Source of the DNA: Eubacteriales bacterium
Lineage (GTDB): Bacteria > Bacillota > Clostridia > Saccharofermentanales > DTU023
Assembly: GCA_030532065.1 (NCBI GenBank)
Contig: JAUNLW010000001.1
Span: 240,132 to 304,131 of the forward strand
Direction: 5' to 3'
Length of the DNA: 64,000 nucleotides
Positions 47,932 through 57,250 of the stretch are shown here, piece after piece (position 1 is the first letter of the stretch; each line of letters opens with the position of its first letter). Under the pieces are notes generated by a model that had not been told where the DNA came from, did not search any database, and was given only the letters and a program-made list of their open reading frames with translations. A program made the position numbers and the translations under genes.

Positions 47932-50667
47932 TTGCGGAGTCAGAAATTAAGACATCTAAGAATGACCAGTGCAGAGCAAACCACTGCTGGCCGCCTTAAG
48001 AGACTGCTGGTTGCTTGTTTGCTGTGCCTGTCGTTGCTTAGCATATTTGACGGTGTGCCTACTACTGTGGCAGCCTCTACCGGCATGGGTATAGAGGAGC
48101 CAGACCTGGCTCTGGAAGCTCCCATCTATTATTTTGATTATCCCGGTTCCCTCTTTTCCAATGCAGTTTTGGGAAATTTTCCTTTTTCCTATATTGAGCG
48201 CTTGAAGAGCGAGACTTCGGTGCACCAGGAAGAACTGGCGGACAGTCTCATGCTCTTACCGGAAAATCGCGCTCATACGCTGCGGGCTAATGCGGCTAAT
48301 CAGAGCGAGGTAGCCTTTGAGCCTATATATGAGGCCAGCCTGGTAATTGCCTACGATAGTGAACGGATCAGGCATGATCTTAGAAGTTGGAAAGATCTTC
48401 TGATCGTTGCCAAAGCTGGTGAGTTACCAGAATTAGGGGTGCTGCTGGAACCGGAGTATGTCCTGGCCAGCGCGGCGCTGTATCTGGATCAGTCGGAAGA
48501 CGCGGAATTGATAAGGACGCTGGCAGAATTAAACGACCAGGGCAAACTGAAGCTTTTTAGAGGCTCAGATGCAAATTCAGGCTGGCCAGTTTCTTTGATC
48601 TCTGGTGGACTGGAGACCAGAGAATTACCGGCAGTATTATTACTATGGGATTATCAAGCGGCTCAGATCAACCGTAAGCTGGGCAGCAACTCCTATACTT
48701 TCCACTTACCTTATGAAGGCAGCTTAAGTCTGTCTTTCGGCCTTTACGCCAATGGAAGAAAGGCAAAGAATACACTGGAAAGCCGTTTACAGGAAGAAAC
48801 AAGGTTAAGTCTGGCAGAAAACTTCATCGCTTTTGGCTATCGCATGGCAGACGGAAGCTCACCTCGTACACTTAAAGCATTTTCCAATCCGCTTCTGGGT
48901 GATGAAGTTTCTACTTATGGCTATCCGGAGCCGGACGAGTATCGTGCCCCGGCCATGACCTACCGGGATTATGGAGACTTGAACCAGATCTTCCTTAGCT
49001 CTACGGCAAAACTCAGGCGTGATGTGCTGGGGAAGAGTGTTATCTTACCGGCTACACCTGAAGAAGAGCACGTGCTTCTAGTGTTACTGATCCCAATTTT
49101 TCTGATCTGGGCAGCTACCATCTTCTTCCGCATCGACGATGTGGCGATCAGGCGCTCTATTACCTTGCTTTCGCTCTGGTTCTCCTTGGCTATTATCCTC
49201 TTCTTTGTGCAGACCATGTACGCTAACAGCGCCCGGAACGATATCATCTATTACATTCGCTTCCTGCCTTTTGTTGGCATGATCGAATCCTGGTTCTACA
49301 CAGGTTTTAGTCTGGCTCGCAGCCAGGGACTGATCAAGGAAAGACACCGTCGTCTGCCATTGCTTTGCAGCATGATCTTTTACGCTCTGGGTGTTGCCTT
49401 TGTGCTCAATGACCTGCACGGCTATGCCTTTACCCTGAGCCCCTTCATGCGTATCCAAAAACTGGGTCCCCTGGGCTATCTACTGCTTTTGGCTATCTTA
49501 GGACTCTGGCTGGCAGGATTTTTCTTGCTGCTCAAATGTCAGGCCAAAATCTATACCTCCACCTGGGTCTTCCCGTTGGCAGCTTTTGTTGCGCTGTGCG
49601 CGCTAAACATCTATCTGTTTATCAGTGATGGCAGTTTGCGCTCCACCAGCTTTGATCTGCTCAATCTGGTTGGTATAGCAGTGATCTTGGAACTTAGTCT
49701 GCAAACACGCTTGATCCCAGCCAATTCGGGTTATATCAAGCTTTTCCGCTACAGTAATGTTGGCCTGCGCCTGATCAACGAAGACCGCTCAGAAGTTTAT
49801 CCACCAGAAAGAGACAACATTCCCTCGGCCTCTGCGGCCTTGATCAACGAAGCCATAGAGCAGGATCTAGCCTCCAGGCCGGAGAACTCAGGCGTGGGCG
49901 TGGCTGTACCCAGTGCGGAGCAAGAGGGCCTTATTTACCATACTTCCAAAATCAATGGTGGCTATCTGATTTGGGAGGAAGATATATCAGATGTTTTAAA
50001 ACTCAAGCATGAGCTGACCTATCTTATGGAACGCCTGGAGCAACAGGGCAGAATTTTGGCTCGTAGACGTAATATTCGCGGTCAATACCTGTCTATGAAA
50101 ATTCGCCGAGAAATGATGCAACGTCTTGAATCCAGTCTCTCAACGCAGCTGCAAGAGATAAGAAAGAGCCTGCGCGAGATAGAAGCTTCTGAAGACAAGA
50201 ACTTTGTCCGTCAGGAACTGGGACGCGTCAAGATCATGGTCTCTCAGTGTAAGCGCAAAAGTAATCTCCTGGTTAGAGCGGAGGCTGAGATCCAGGCAGA
50301 AGAAGTCTCGCTTATTTTTAACGAAGCTTTGCAGGATGCCGGCACGGCGGACATAAGCGGCTTAGTGCTGGTACAAGGCTCAGTGCCCTTAGCAACCGAT
50401 ATTCTGCTGGCTCTCTATGACTATGTCATGTACCTGCTAGCTAAAGCAGTGGGTTTAAACTCCACCAGCCTTTTCCTGAACTTGCGCTGGGACCAGGAAA
50501 AACTGACTTTACAGATTATCTTCAGCTCGGCTGAGCCCAGCCCCGAAAGTTTTTTCCAGCCGGGATCAGATCTTCTGCCGGAACTCCGGCGCCTTAAACT
50601 TGACTTACACATAGAGGTCGATGGCAATGACTGCAATATCCGCATTGTGAGAGAGGAGGGAAAATAG
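47932..50667 (+). CDS. Large membrane sensor-like protein: solute-binding-protein-like ectodomain, ~7 TM helices, coiled coil, and a degenerate (His-less) HisKA_3/HATPase-like module
   Basis: TTG 47932 lies 6 nt after GGAGGA. There is a signal/TM segment, then a ~330-aa domain with a PBP-like pattern (SLVIAYDSERIRHDLRSWKDLL). The TM block spans residues ~385-620. The C-terminal part aligns by eye to the downstream kinase, but IRREMMQRL replaces IHDVMGQRL and there are no N/G boxes. Confidence 0.6.
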   Translation: MRSQKLRHLRMTSAEQTTAGRLKRLLVACLLCLSLLSIFDGVPTTVAASTGMGIEEPDLALEAPIYYFDYPGSLFSNAVLGNFPFSYIERLKSETSVHQEELADSLMLLPENRAHTLRANAANQSEVAFEPIYEASLVIAYDSERIRHDLRSWKDLLIVAKAGELPELGVLLEPEYVLASAALYLDQSEDAELIRTLAELNDQGKLKLFRGSDANSGWPVSLISGGLETRELPAVLLLWDYQAAQINRKLGSNSYTFHLPYEGSLSLSFGLYANGRKAKNTLESRLQEETRLSLAENFIAFGYRMADGSSPRTLKAFSNPLLGDEVSTYGYPEPDEYRAPAMTYRDYGDLNQIFLSSTAKLRRDVLGKSVILPATPEEEHVLLVLLIPIFLIWAATIFFRIDDVAIRRSITLLSLWFSLAIILFFVQTMYANSARNDIIYYIRFLPFVGMIESWFYTGFSLARSQGLIKERHRRLPLLCSMIFYALGVAFVLNDLHGYAFTLSPFMRIQKLGPLGYLLLLAILGLWLAGFFLLLKCQAKIYTSTWVFPLAAFVALCALNIYLFISDGSLRSTSFDLLNLVGIAVILELSLQTRLIPANSGYIKLFRYSNVGLRLINEDRSEVYPPERDNIPSASAALINEAIEQDLASRPENSGVGVAVPSAEQEGLIYHTSKINGGYLIWEEDISDVLKLKHELTYLMERLEQQGRILARRRNIRGQYLSMKIRREMMQRLESSLSTQLQEIRKSLREIEASEDKNFVRQELGRVKIMVSQCKRKSNLLVRAEAEIQAEEVSLIFNEALQDAGTADISGLVLVQGSVPLATDILLALYDYVMYLLAKAVGLNSTSLFLNLRWDQEKLTLQIIFSSAEPSPESFFQPGSDLLPELRRLKLDLHIEVDGNDCNIRIVREEGK

Positions 50668-52236
50668 ATGTTGTACTTTTATGAGATCCCCCAAACCTTG
50701 CGCATGGCTTTGCAGATCTTTCTCCTGGCCGGTATCGCCAGTCAAATGGTACTAATGCTTATGTACTCCTTCTTCCGCAGGGGTCGTCAATATATTCTCA
50801 ATTTCTTCTTAGAGTTGGGAATCCTGTATTTCTTTATCATGCTTAACCTGTCATTGGGCTTTATCCAGTTAACTGAGCCGAAAAACCTGATCGTCTACCC
50901 TTATGCGGAATGGCGCAATCTAGGTATGCTAGCGCCCATTTTGGGTATGCCGGTGTTGATGAATCAACATCGACAAAGCGACCTGATTGCCATTCTCTGC
51001 CTGATTTTTACCTTGCCCTTTATGGAGGCTCTGGCTGGGGTCTGGTATGTCAATCTCTGTGCGTTTTTTACGGCCATTCTGCTGATTCGTTCCGCCTATG
51101 AGCTCAAGCAGAATCTCTCACATCTCAAACAAAACATTACTCGCTTTTCCATGAAACAGGCTTTTGACACCTTCCCGGAAGGCCTGGCCATAGGCCGCCA
51201 ACACGGAAGTCTTATTTTTACCAACGCCAAAATGCGTCAGCTGATGGCAGACAAAGGACTGGCGCAGGATAAGAGAACTTCTGGCCTGCGCGTAGCCTTT
51301 CGCCGCATGTTGAAAGAAGAAGAACTCGCGGCAAAACAGGCTGATGCCAGTTCGCTTACGCTTACACGCATCTCTTTGGAACAAGAGATAAGGCAGAAGA
51401 ATGAGCAGGAAGCGAAGAATAACCGCAGCTCCAGGCGTCGTGCGCATGACAGTGACGCTACGGAACCGGTACCCAACCTGCGCAGCTTTGAGAGCGGCGG
51501 GCACATATACCGTTACCAGGAAAGCAGCTTACAAGTTGGACATAAGACTTACTGGGAGGTCTTGATTAGCGATATCAGTGAGGAAAGTCACCTCATCCAG
51601 GAAATCCAGGAAAAAAACCAGGATCTGGCACAAAACAATCAACAGCTGGGCATGATGCTGCAAAATATTGAAGAGATCGAACTGGAAAAAGAAACTCGCC
51701 GTATGCGTAATCGTATCCATGATGTTATGGGACAGCGCTTATCCATCCTGCATTCCAGTCTGCAACAAATGGATCGGAGGGAAGAAGTACCTCTGACCGA
51801 TCTTTTAGACCTCCTAGAAGATATGATGGATGACCTGCAGGAAGGTGAGAAATTTGATAGTGAGCAGATATTCCACAATGTTCAAAATACGGCCGATATT
51901 GTAGGTACTAAATTAGTCAAACAGGGTGACATACCGTCTAACGAAGAAATAGCTACTGTTTTTCTGCAAATTTTGAGAGAAGCCGTAACTAACGCGATAC
52001 GCCACGGTCAGGCAGACGAAGTCTTAGCTAAATTCTATGAAGATGAGGAAAACTATTATATGGATATCAGCAACAGTGGCCGCCTGCCAGATCAGATCGT
52101 ACAGGAAGGCGAAGGTATCAGCGGTATGCGCCATAAACTAGCCGGCCTGGCCGGTCACCTGGAGATCGAGACCCGTGATACCTTTACCATCAAGGTGCGT
52201 GTGCCACATTTCGATAACTTGCCGGTAAAACCCTAA
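50668..52236 (+). CDS. Sensor histidine kinase, HisKA_3 (NarX/LiaS/DegS) type, with a 5-TM N-terminal domain
   Basis: The H-box is RNRIHDVMGQRLS (His351, nt 51718-20), the N-box is REAVTNAIRHG, and the G-box region is EGEGISGMRHKL. Its ATG abuts the upstream stop (TAGATG), and its SD GAGGAGGG lies inside the upstream gene. Confidence 0.85.
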   Translation: MLYFYEIPQTLRMALQIFLLAGIASQMVLMLMYSFFRRGRQYILNFFLELGILYFFIMLNLSLGFIQLTEPKNLIVYPYAEWRNLGMLAPILGMPVLMNQHRQSDLIAILCLIFTLPFMEALAGVWYVNLCAFFTAILLIRSAYELKQNLSHLKQNITRFSMKQAFDTFPEGLAIGRQHGSLIFTNAKMRQLMADKGLAQDKRTSGLRVAFRRMLKEEELAAKQADASSLTLTRISLEQEIRQKNEQEAKNNRSSRRRAHDSDATEPVPNLRSFESGGHIYRYQESSLQVGHKTYWEVLISDISEESHLIQEIQEKNQDLAQNNQQLGMMLQNIEEIELEKETRRMRNRIHDVMGQRLSILHSSLQQMDRREEVPLTDLLDLLEDMMDDLQEGEKFDSEQIFHNVQNTADIVGTKLVKQGDIPSNEEIATVFLQILREAVTNAIRHGQADEVLAKFYEDEENYYMDISNSGRLPDQIVQEGEGISGMRHKLAGLAGHLEIETRDTFTIKVRVPHFDNLPVKP

Positions 52237-52346
52237 AATGTCGTAAAATCAGGACTTTTGACGAACTTCTACATTATTTACCTAGCTCTTACTTGCGAGA
52301 ATTAAGAACGTCTTAGAGCGACACTAAATTCTCAAGGAGGAGCTTT

Positions 52347-54416
52347 ATGTTTAGAAGTCTTGATCAGCAGAACCTAAAAAATATTCCCATTCTGCTAAAA
52401 AGCCTAAGCCTGATTATACTGCTTATGCTTTTATGTTACCTGCCCCAAGAAGTAGAGGCCTTGACCATCCGTCACGAACCAGTACGAAATGAAAAATTTT
52501 TTGTCCGTGTCAATATGCCTGATTACGTTGAAGAGAAAGGACCGGGTTCTTACTCTGAACGAGTTGCCAGTTTCTATCTCAACTCCCACTATCCGACCCA
52601 ATACCCGAGTTTAACCTGCTTTTGCATCGAACCTTTCATTGCTATAGACGCAGGTGAGGTGACCTACAACAGTCAGGATCTTGCCTCATACCTTCAGGAA
52701 TATTACGGTTATTCACCGGACGCTGCTCAGAGAAAGGCACGCGACCTGGCAGAGGTAAGTTACTTTGCTCTGGGTGCCATACCTGCCTCGCAGCGTACTT
52801 TAGAAGATCAATTCACCTGTCAGTTACTTTTGTGGGAAGAGTTGGGTTATGAAGTTCATTTGGCCGACCCCTACTGGTATAAGCTTGGTAAAGAAAAAAT
52901 GCGTCAGCGTCGCGGGGAATACTACCAAAGACACAGCCTAGAGGGTGAGACCATTGAGTTGGAACCAGGCGGCCAACTTAGCCTCCAGGACAGCGGTTGG
53001 GCAAATCTACTGCCGGCAGCTGGATTTAGTCCCGGAAATCCAAAGGCACTTGACGAAGAAGGTCAACTCAGCCTTACCTGGAACGGAGCGGATCAGGTGG
53101 TGCTGGAAGCCTCGCGTGATTTTCAAACCGATACCAATGTGAGCATAGTAGCTGGATCATCTAACCACAATGTAGGGGCCTATGTTGCCGCCAGCAGCCA
53201 ATCCGTAGTAGAAGTTTGCAGCAGGGCTCCGCTCAAGCAACTAAACTTCAGCGTCGTATCCAAAGAAGCTCCCAGCTCCAGCTTTAAATTACAAAAGATG
53301 GCAGAGCAGATTGTAAGCTGGGAAGAGGTTGACAAGATACGGGTAAATGAAAAAGAAGAGTCAGTTTACCGTCCCTTAAGAGAAGTCAGACCGTTGGCCG
53401 GTGTCAACTTTAGTCTCACACTAAAGGAAGAATTATGGTTTAAGGGTGAGCACTATGAGCCAGATGATTTAGTGTATGAATTTACTACTGATGCGAATGG
53501 CGAGGCAATACTGGAAGAGATACCCTGCGGTAATTATCTGCTCACTGAAGAAAGCCAGGACCTTAACTATTTACCTTTGAATTCCATCAGCATTGAGATT
53601 GTTCCGGATGAAATATCCGTAGATGAAGCAGAACCATATATTGTCAACAATGAACGACGTGCCTTTGCTTTTAGCGCCATCAAGCAGCTGGAAGGAGCTA
53701 AGGATCTTAGCTACGACGAGGTGTCATCTGTCTTGCGGGAACTGAAGTTCGTGCTGCGTACCCAAGAAGACTTACCGGGTCTGGAAGAGAAATTACCTGC
53801 CGGTAGTTTGGTAGCCTGTTCGTCACTGGAGCCTTTGGAGCCATTGCTGCCACAGGCAGATCCGGCACAGGGCCAGAGCGAGTCAGAAGATGGAAACACC
53901 CTTGCTTCAAGTGATCAGCAGGAAGTGCTGAGTTTTGCTGATATGTTCCCGGCTAAAGATATCCTGAGAAAGATCAGTTTCGACTTACCTTGTTTAGCAA
54001 CGTTTAGTCTGGAGGAAGTAAATCCTGGCAACATCTACCAAAGACTGGAACCCATAGAATTAGACTTCAAAAACTTCTCAGAGCCTGAAGTTGACGCTTG
54101 GGGAGGTTATCGTTACACGCTGATGGCTCCTTTAGTAAATAAGCTGGTCCCACCGGAAGAAGTAGTGGAAGATCCCCAACCAGTTACACCGGCCCCCATA
54201 CCTGTAGAGGAGCCCGAAGCTACAGATCCACCAGTAGTTTATTTCCCCACTAATCTGGAGCAAACCATACTGCCAACGCAAAATGTAGAGGCGCCTGATT
54301 TTCTCACGCAGGTTAAGAATCTGCCGGCTACCGGTTCCGCTGAGTCCAATAAATTGGCTGCCATAGGTCTGGCTCTGGGAACTCTTATCCTTTCCGGCAT
54401 AAACAAAATTAATTAA
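52347..54416 (+). CDS. LPXTG-anchored surface protein with a thioester-domain-like N-terminal region and CnaB/SpaA-type fold domain(s)
   Basis: It has a signal peptide, a FCIE motif (Cys93, nt 52623-25) and a CQLLLW motif (Gln159, nt 52821-23). A prealbumin-like block reads GVNFSLTL...TTDANGEAILEEIPCGNYLLTEE. A Pro-rich stalk is followed by LPATG plus a TM helix plus a short tail. Confidence 0.7.
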   Translation: MFRSLDQQNLKNIPILLKSLSLIILLMLLCYLPQEVEALTIRHEPVRNEKFFVRVNMPDYVEEKGPGSYSERVASFYLNSHYPTQYPSLTCFCIEPFIAIDAGEVTYNSQDLASYLQEYYGYSPDAAQRKARDLAEVSYFALGAIPASQRTLEDQFTCQLLLWEELGYEVHLADPYWYKLGKEKMRQRRGEYYQRHSLEGETIELEPGGQLSLQDSGWANLLPAAGFSPGNPKALDEEGQLSLTWNGADQVVLEASRDFQTDTNVSIVAGSSNHNVGAYVAASSQSVVEVCSRAPLKQLNFSVVSKEAPSSSFKLQKMAEQIVSWEEVDKIRVNEKEESVYRPLREVRPLAGVNFSLTLKEELWFKGEHYEPDDLVYEFTTDANGEAILEEIPCGNYLLTEESQDLNYLPLNSISIEIVPDEISVDEAEPYIVNNERRAFAFSAIKQLEGAKDLSYDEVSSVLRELKFVLRTQEDLPGLEEKLPAGSLVACSSLEPLEPLLPQADPAQGQSESEDGNTLASSDQQEVLSFADMFPAKDILRKISFDLPCLATFSLEEVNPGNIYQRLEPIELDFKNFSEPEVDAWGGYRYTLMAPLVNKLVPPEEVVEDPQPVTPAPIPVEEPEATDPPVVYFPTNLEQTILPTQNVEAPDFLTQVKNLPATGSAESNKLAAIGLALGTLILSGINKIN

Positions 54417-54441
54417 GCCATAACTGAGGCCATGTCCACGC

Positions 54442-54475
54442 TACCCCTGTTCAGCAGAGCAGGGGTATCTTTGTT
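54442..54475 (+). terminator. Terminator after the surface-protein gene
   Basis: TACCCCTG...CAGGGGTA is followed by TCTTTGTT. Confidence 0.6.
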
Positions 54476-54548
54476 GGCTAAAGGTCAACCGCCTAGTTCT
54501 ATGTTATAATCTGGAAATGCAGTCCCTCCAGGAGGATTAGGCCACGGT

Positions 54549-55247
54549 ATGCCAGGCTTTGATTTACAATACGTTCTTATTTCCATACTGGTTTTAACAG
54601 TTTCGCTGTCTACGCACGAGTACGCTCATGCCCGGATGGCCATGGCTTTGGGTGATGATACGGCAGAAAAGTCCGGTCGTCTGACCTTAAATCCCTTAGC
54701 CCATTTGGAACTTTTAGGCACTTTAGCTTTCCTGCTCTTACGCATCGGCTGGGCTAAGCCTGTGCCAGTGAATCCCTCCAAACTGGAAAAAGCTAAGGAC
54801 GCTGAGCATGGCATGATGTTGGTTAGTATTGCTGGGCCTTTGTCTAATCTCTTGGTAGCTTTTATCGCGGCCTTCTTGTATAACCTGACCCGGGTGTTAG
54901 GTTATTTCCTGCTGCAAAGGCCTAATATCAATGTAGACACCACTGTTTTTGTTCTCAATATTTTCGTTACTATATTTTTGGCTTTCTACTATTCCAATGT
55001 CAGCCTGGCTATTTTTAACTTGATTCCCCTGCCTCCACTGGACGGATCTAAGATCCTGGCTTTCTTCTTGCCATCTAAGGCCAGCTACTATATGTACAAA
55101 TATCAGCGTTACATCAGTTTTGCCATGATCTTGCTCTTTATCTTTGCCGGCTCTTATATTGCCAAGTTTATGTCGATGGTTTCTAAACCCTTCTACTATG
55201 TTTTGATGCGCCCTTGGGAGATTCTGGCCAACGTCATTATTAATTAA
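54549..55247 (+). CDS. Site-2 protease family (M50) zinc metalloprotease
   Basis: It has HEYAHA (HExxH) in TM1 and NLIPLPPLDG (NxxPxxxLDG), and it is a polytopic protein. Confidence 0.82.
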   Translation: MPGFDLQYVLISILVLTVSLSTHEYAHARMAMALGDDTAEKSGRLTLNPLAHLELLGTLAFLLLRIGWAKPVPVNPSKLEKAKDAEHGMMLVSIAGPLSNLLVAFIAAFLYNLTRVLGYFLLQRPNINVDTTVFVLNIFVTIFLAFYYSNVSLAIFNLIPLPPLDGSKILAFFLPSKASYYMYKYQRYISFAMILLFIFAGSYIAKFMSMVSKPFYYVLMRPWEILANVIIN

Positions 55248-55270
55248 AGACGAGGAAAATGGGGGCTTAG

Positions 55271-56029
55271 ATGGAAACAATTGATCAAATCGAGATCAAA
55301 GCCTATGACAGTCCACTGGAACTATTAGACCAGCTGATCCGTGTAAGAAAAGCGGACCTTTTTGACCTGCCGATCGCGGAACTTTGCAGGCACTACCTGG
55401 AAATTCTGGAAGAGTCTTCACGCCAGGGCCTGGATATGAATCTGGCCAGCGAGTTTATTGTCATGGCGGCAACCTTGATGGAAATAAAGACCCGGATGCT
55501 TTTGCCTGAAGCGCTGGAGAGCACAGGTGGTGAAGATGATCCGCGCAGGGATTTGGTACTTCAGCTTATGGCTTATCGCAGGATGAAGGCGCTGGCGACA
55601 GATCTGGAAGAGCGTTACCAACGATTTGGACCGGTACCGGAGCGAGCTAGCTTAAAACCTTCTGATCTGGGACTTCCGGATCAGAAGGTGGGAGCGAGCA
55701 CAGACTTGGATCCGGAGCGACTCTGGCAGTCGGCTGAACGGATCAGCAGCCAGAATGAGGAACGCTATAATCCTCAGTCACGCACCATCCGGCGCCTGCT
55801 TAAGCGAGAGCAATGGTCAGTTAAAGATAAAATAAAAGAGATCTGGCGGCGCTTCAAAAGCAGCAGCAAGTTCCTTTTCAGCGAACTTTTTGCCAGCAAG
55901 AACCCGTCCAAGGGTGAGCGAATCAGCACTTTCCTGGCAATTTTGGAGATGGCGCAGCAACATGAATTGAAGGTCGAACAAAAGCAAGCTTTTGGAGAGA
56001 TCAGCTTGGAGAAGTACGATGGAGACTAA
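55271..56029 (+). CDS. scpA: Segregation and condensation protein A
   Basis: SPLELLDQLIRVRKADLFDLPIAEL is a typical ScpA N-terminus, and the gene is followed by scpB. Confidence 0.88.
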   Translation: METIDQIEIKAYDSPLELLDQLIRVRKADLFDLPIAELCRHYLEILEESSRQGLDMNLASEFIVMAATLMEIKTRMLLPEALESTGGEDDPRRDLVLQLMAYRRMKALATDLEERYQRFGPVPERASLKPSDLGLPDQKVGASTDLDPERLWQSAERISSQNEERYNPQSRTIRRLLKREQWSVKDKIKEIWRRFKSSSKFLFSELFASKNPSKGERISTFLAILEMAQQHELKVEQKQAFGEISLEKYDGD

Positions 56030-56570
56030 TTATCTGTCTAAAACCGAAGCGCTGCTCTTTGCCTCAGGCGATGGTCTGACAGCAGAAGAACTGCAGTCTT
56101 ATTTGGCGGTAGAAGAGAGAGAATTGGAAGTTATTTTGCAAAGCTTGCAAAGCAAGCTGGCGGAAGACCAGGACACAGCGCTTATGCTATGCCAGGTGGG
56201 GGAGCAGTATCTGCTGACGATCAAGCCAGAACTGCGGCAGGATTTGGTTGAATTGAGTAATTCCACTCAAAGCGCCAAATTAAGTCCTGCCTCATATGAG
56301 GTTTTGGCCACTGTCTTGTATAATCAACCGGTTACCCGCGCTCAAGTTGAGCTGGTGAGAGGAGTAAACTCCGACGGTATCATGACTCGTTTGCTGGAGA
56401 GAGGCTTGCTGGAAGAATGCGGCGTTTTAGAGCAGCCCGGAAGGCCTGCTCTCTTCCGTGTGACCGATAAATTTATGTTAGAAATGGGCCTTAGCTCGGC
56501 CAAGGATCTGGTGCCTTTGGAACTCTTAATGTACGAGAACATCCGCGCGCTGGAGGAGGGAGAAGCATGA
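56019..56570 (+). CDS. scpB: Segregation and condensation protein B
   Basis: It has EALLFASGDGLT and a second winged helix (EVLATVLYNQPVTRAQVE..RGV). ATG 56019 overlaps the scpA end by 11 nt. Confidence 0.88.
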   Translation: METNYLSKTEALLFASGDGLTAEELQSYLAVEERELEVILQSLQSKLAEDQDTALMLCQVGEQYLLTIKPELRQDLVELSNSTQSAKLSPASYEVLATVLYNQPVTRAQVELVRGVNSDGIMTRLLERGLLEECGVLEQPGRPALFRVTDKFMLEMGLSSAKDLVPLELLMYENIRALEEGEA

Positions 56571-57250
56571 GACACTACACGATTGCCATTGATGGACCTT
56601 CAGGAGCGGGCAAGAGTACCAGCGCCGACGTATTAGCTAAGCGTTTGGGTATCTCTCACCTGGACACGGGTGCTATGTACAGAGCCTTGGCTTGTGCCTT
56701 GATAGCTGATGGCCTTAACCCAGCCAAAGAAGATGAAGTAATACCTGCGCTCTCAGCTTACAGCTTGTCTGTGGAATTCACCCCAGAAGGCCAGCATACC
56801 CTGGTAAATGACCAGGATTGGACCGAGAGACTATATGACCATGAGATTTCACAAGCGGCCTCAGATGTCAGCCGTTATCCTGCTGTACGTCGTTATCTGG
56901 TAGCGGAGCAGCGTAGAATTGCCGAGGGCCAAAGCTTCATCTTGGATGGACGTGACATTGGGACGGTCGTACTACCGGATGCCGATTGGAAATTTTTCTT
57001 AACGGCCAGCCCAGAAGTACGGGCCAAGCGCAGGTTAAAAGACCTGGAAGCTAAAGGCGAAGAAATTACTTTTGCGGAAGTCTTGAAAGACATTCAAAGA
57101 CGCGATGATCAGGACCAGTCACGTGCTGACAGCCCTTTGCGCCGAGCTTCTGATGCCTATCTTATAGATTCCAGCGAACTGAGTTTCGAACAGGTGATCG
57201 AGTATATGGCACAAAAGATTGAGGAAAAGCTGGGCTTTCAGGATGTGTAG
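56567..57250 (+). CDS. cmk: Cytidylate kinase
   Basis: It contains IAIDGPSGAGKSTSA. Its start overlaps the scpB stop (ATGA). Confidence 0.93.
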   Translation: MRHYTIAIDGPSGAGKSTSADVLAKRLGISHLDTGAMYRALACALIADGLNPAKEDEVIPALSAYSLSVEFTPEGQHTLVNDQDWTERLYDHEISQAASDVSRYPAVRRYLVAEQRRIAEGQSFILDGRDIGTVVLPDADWKFFLTASPEVRAKRRLKDLEAKGEEITFAEVLKDIQRRDDQDQSRADSPLRRASDAYLIDSSELSFEQVIEYMAQKIEEKLGFQDV

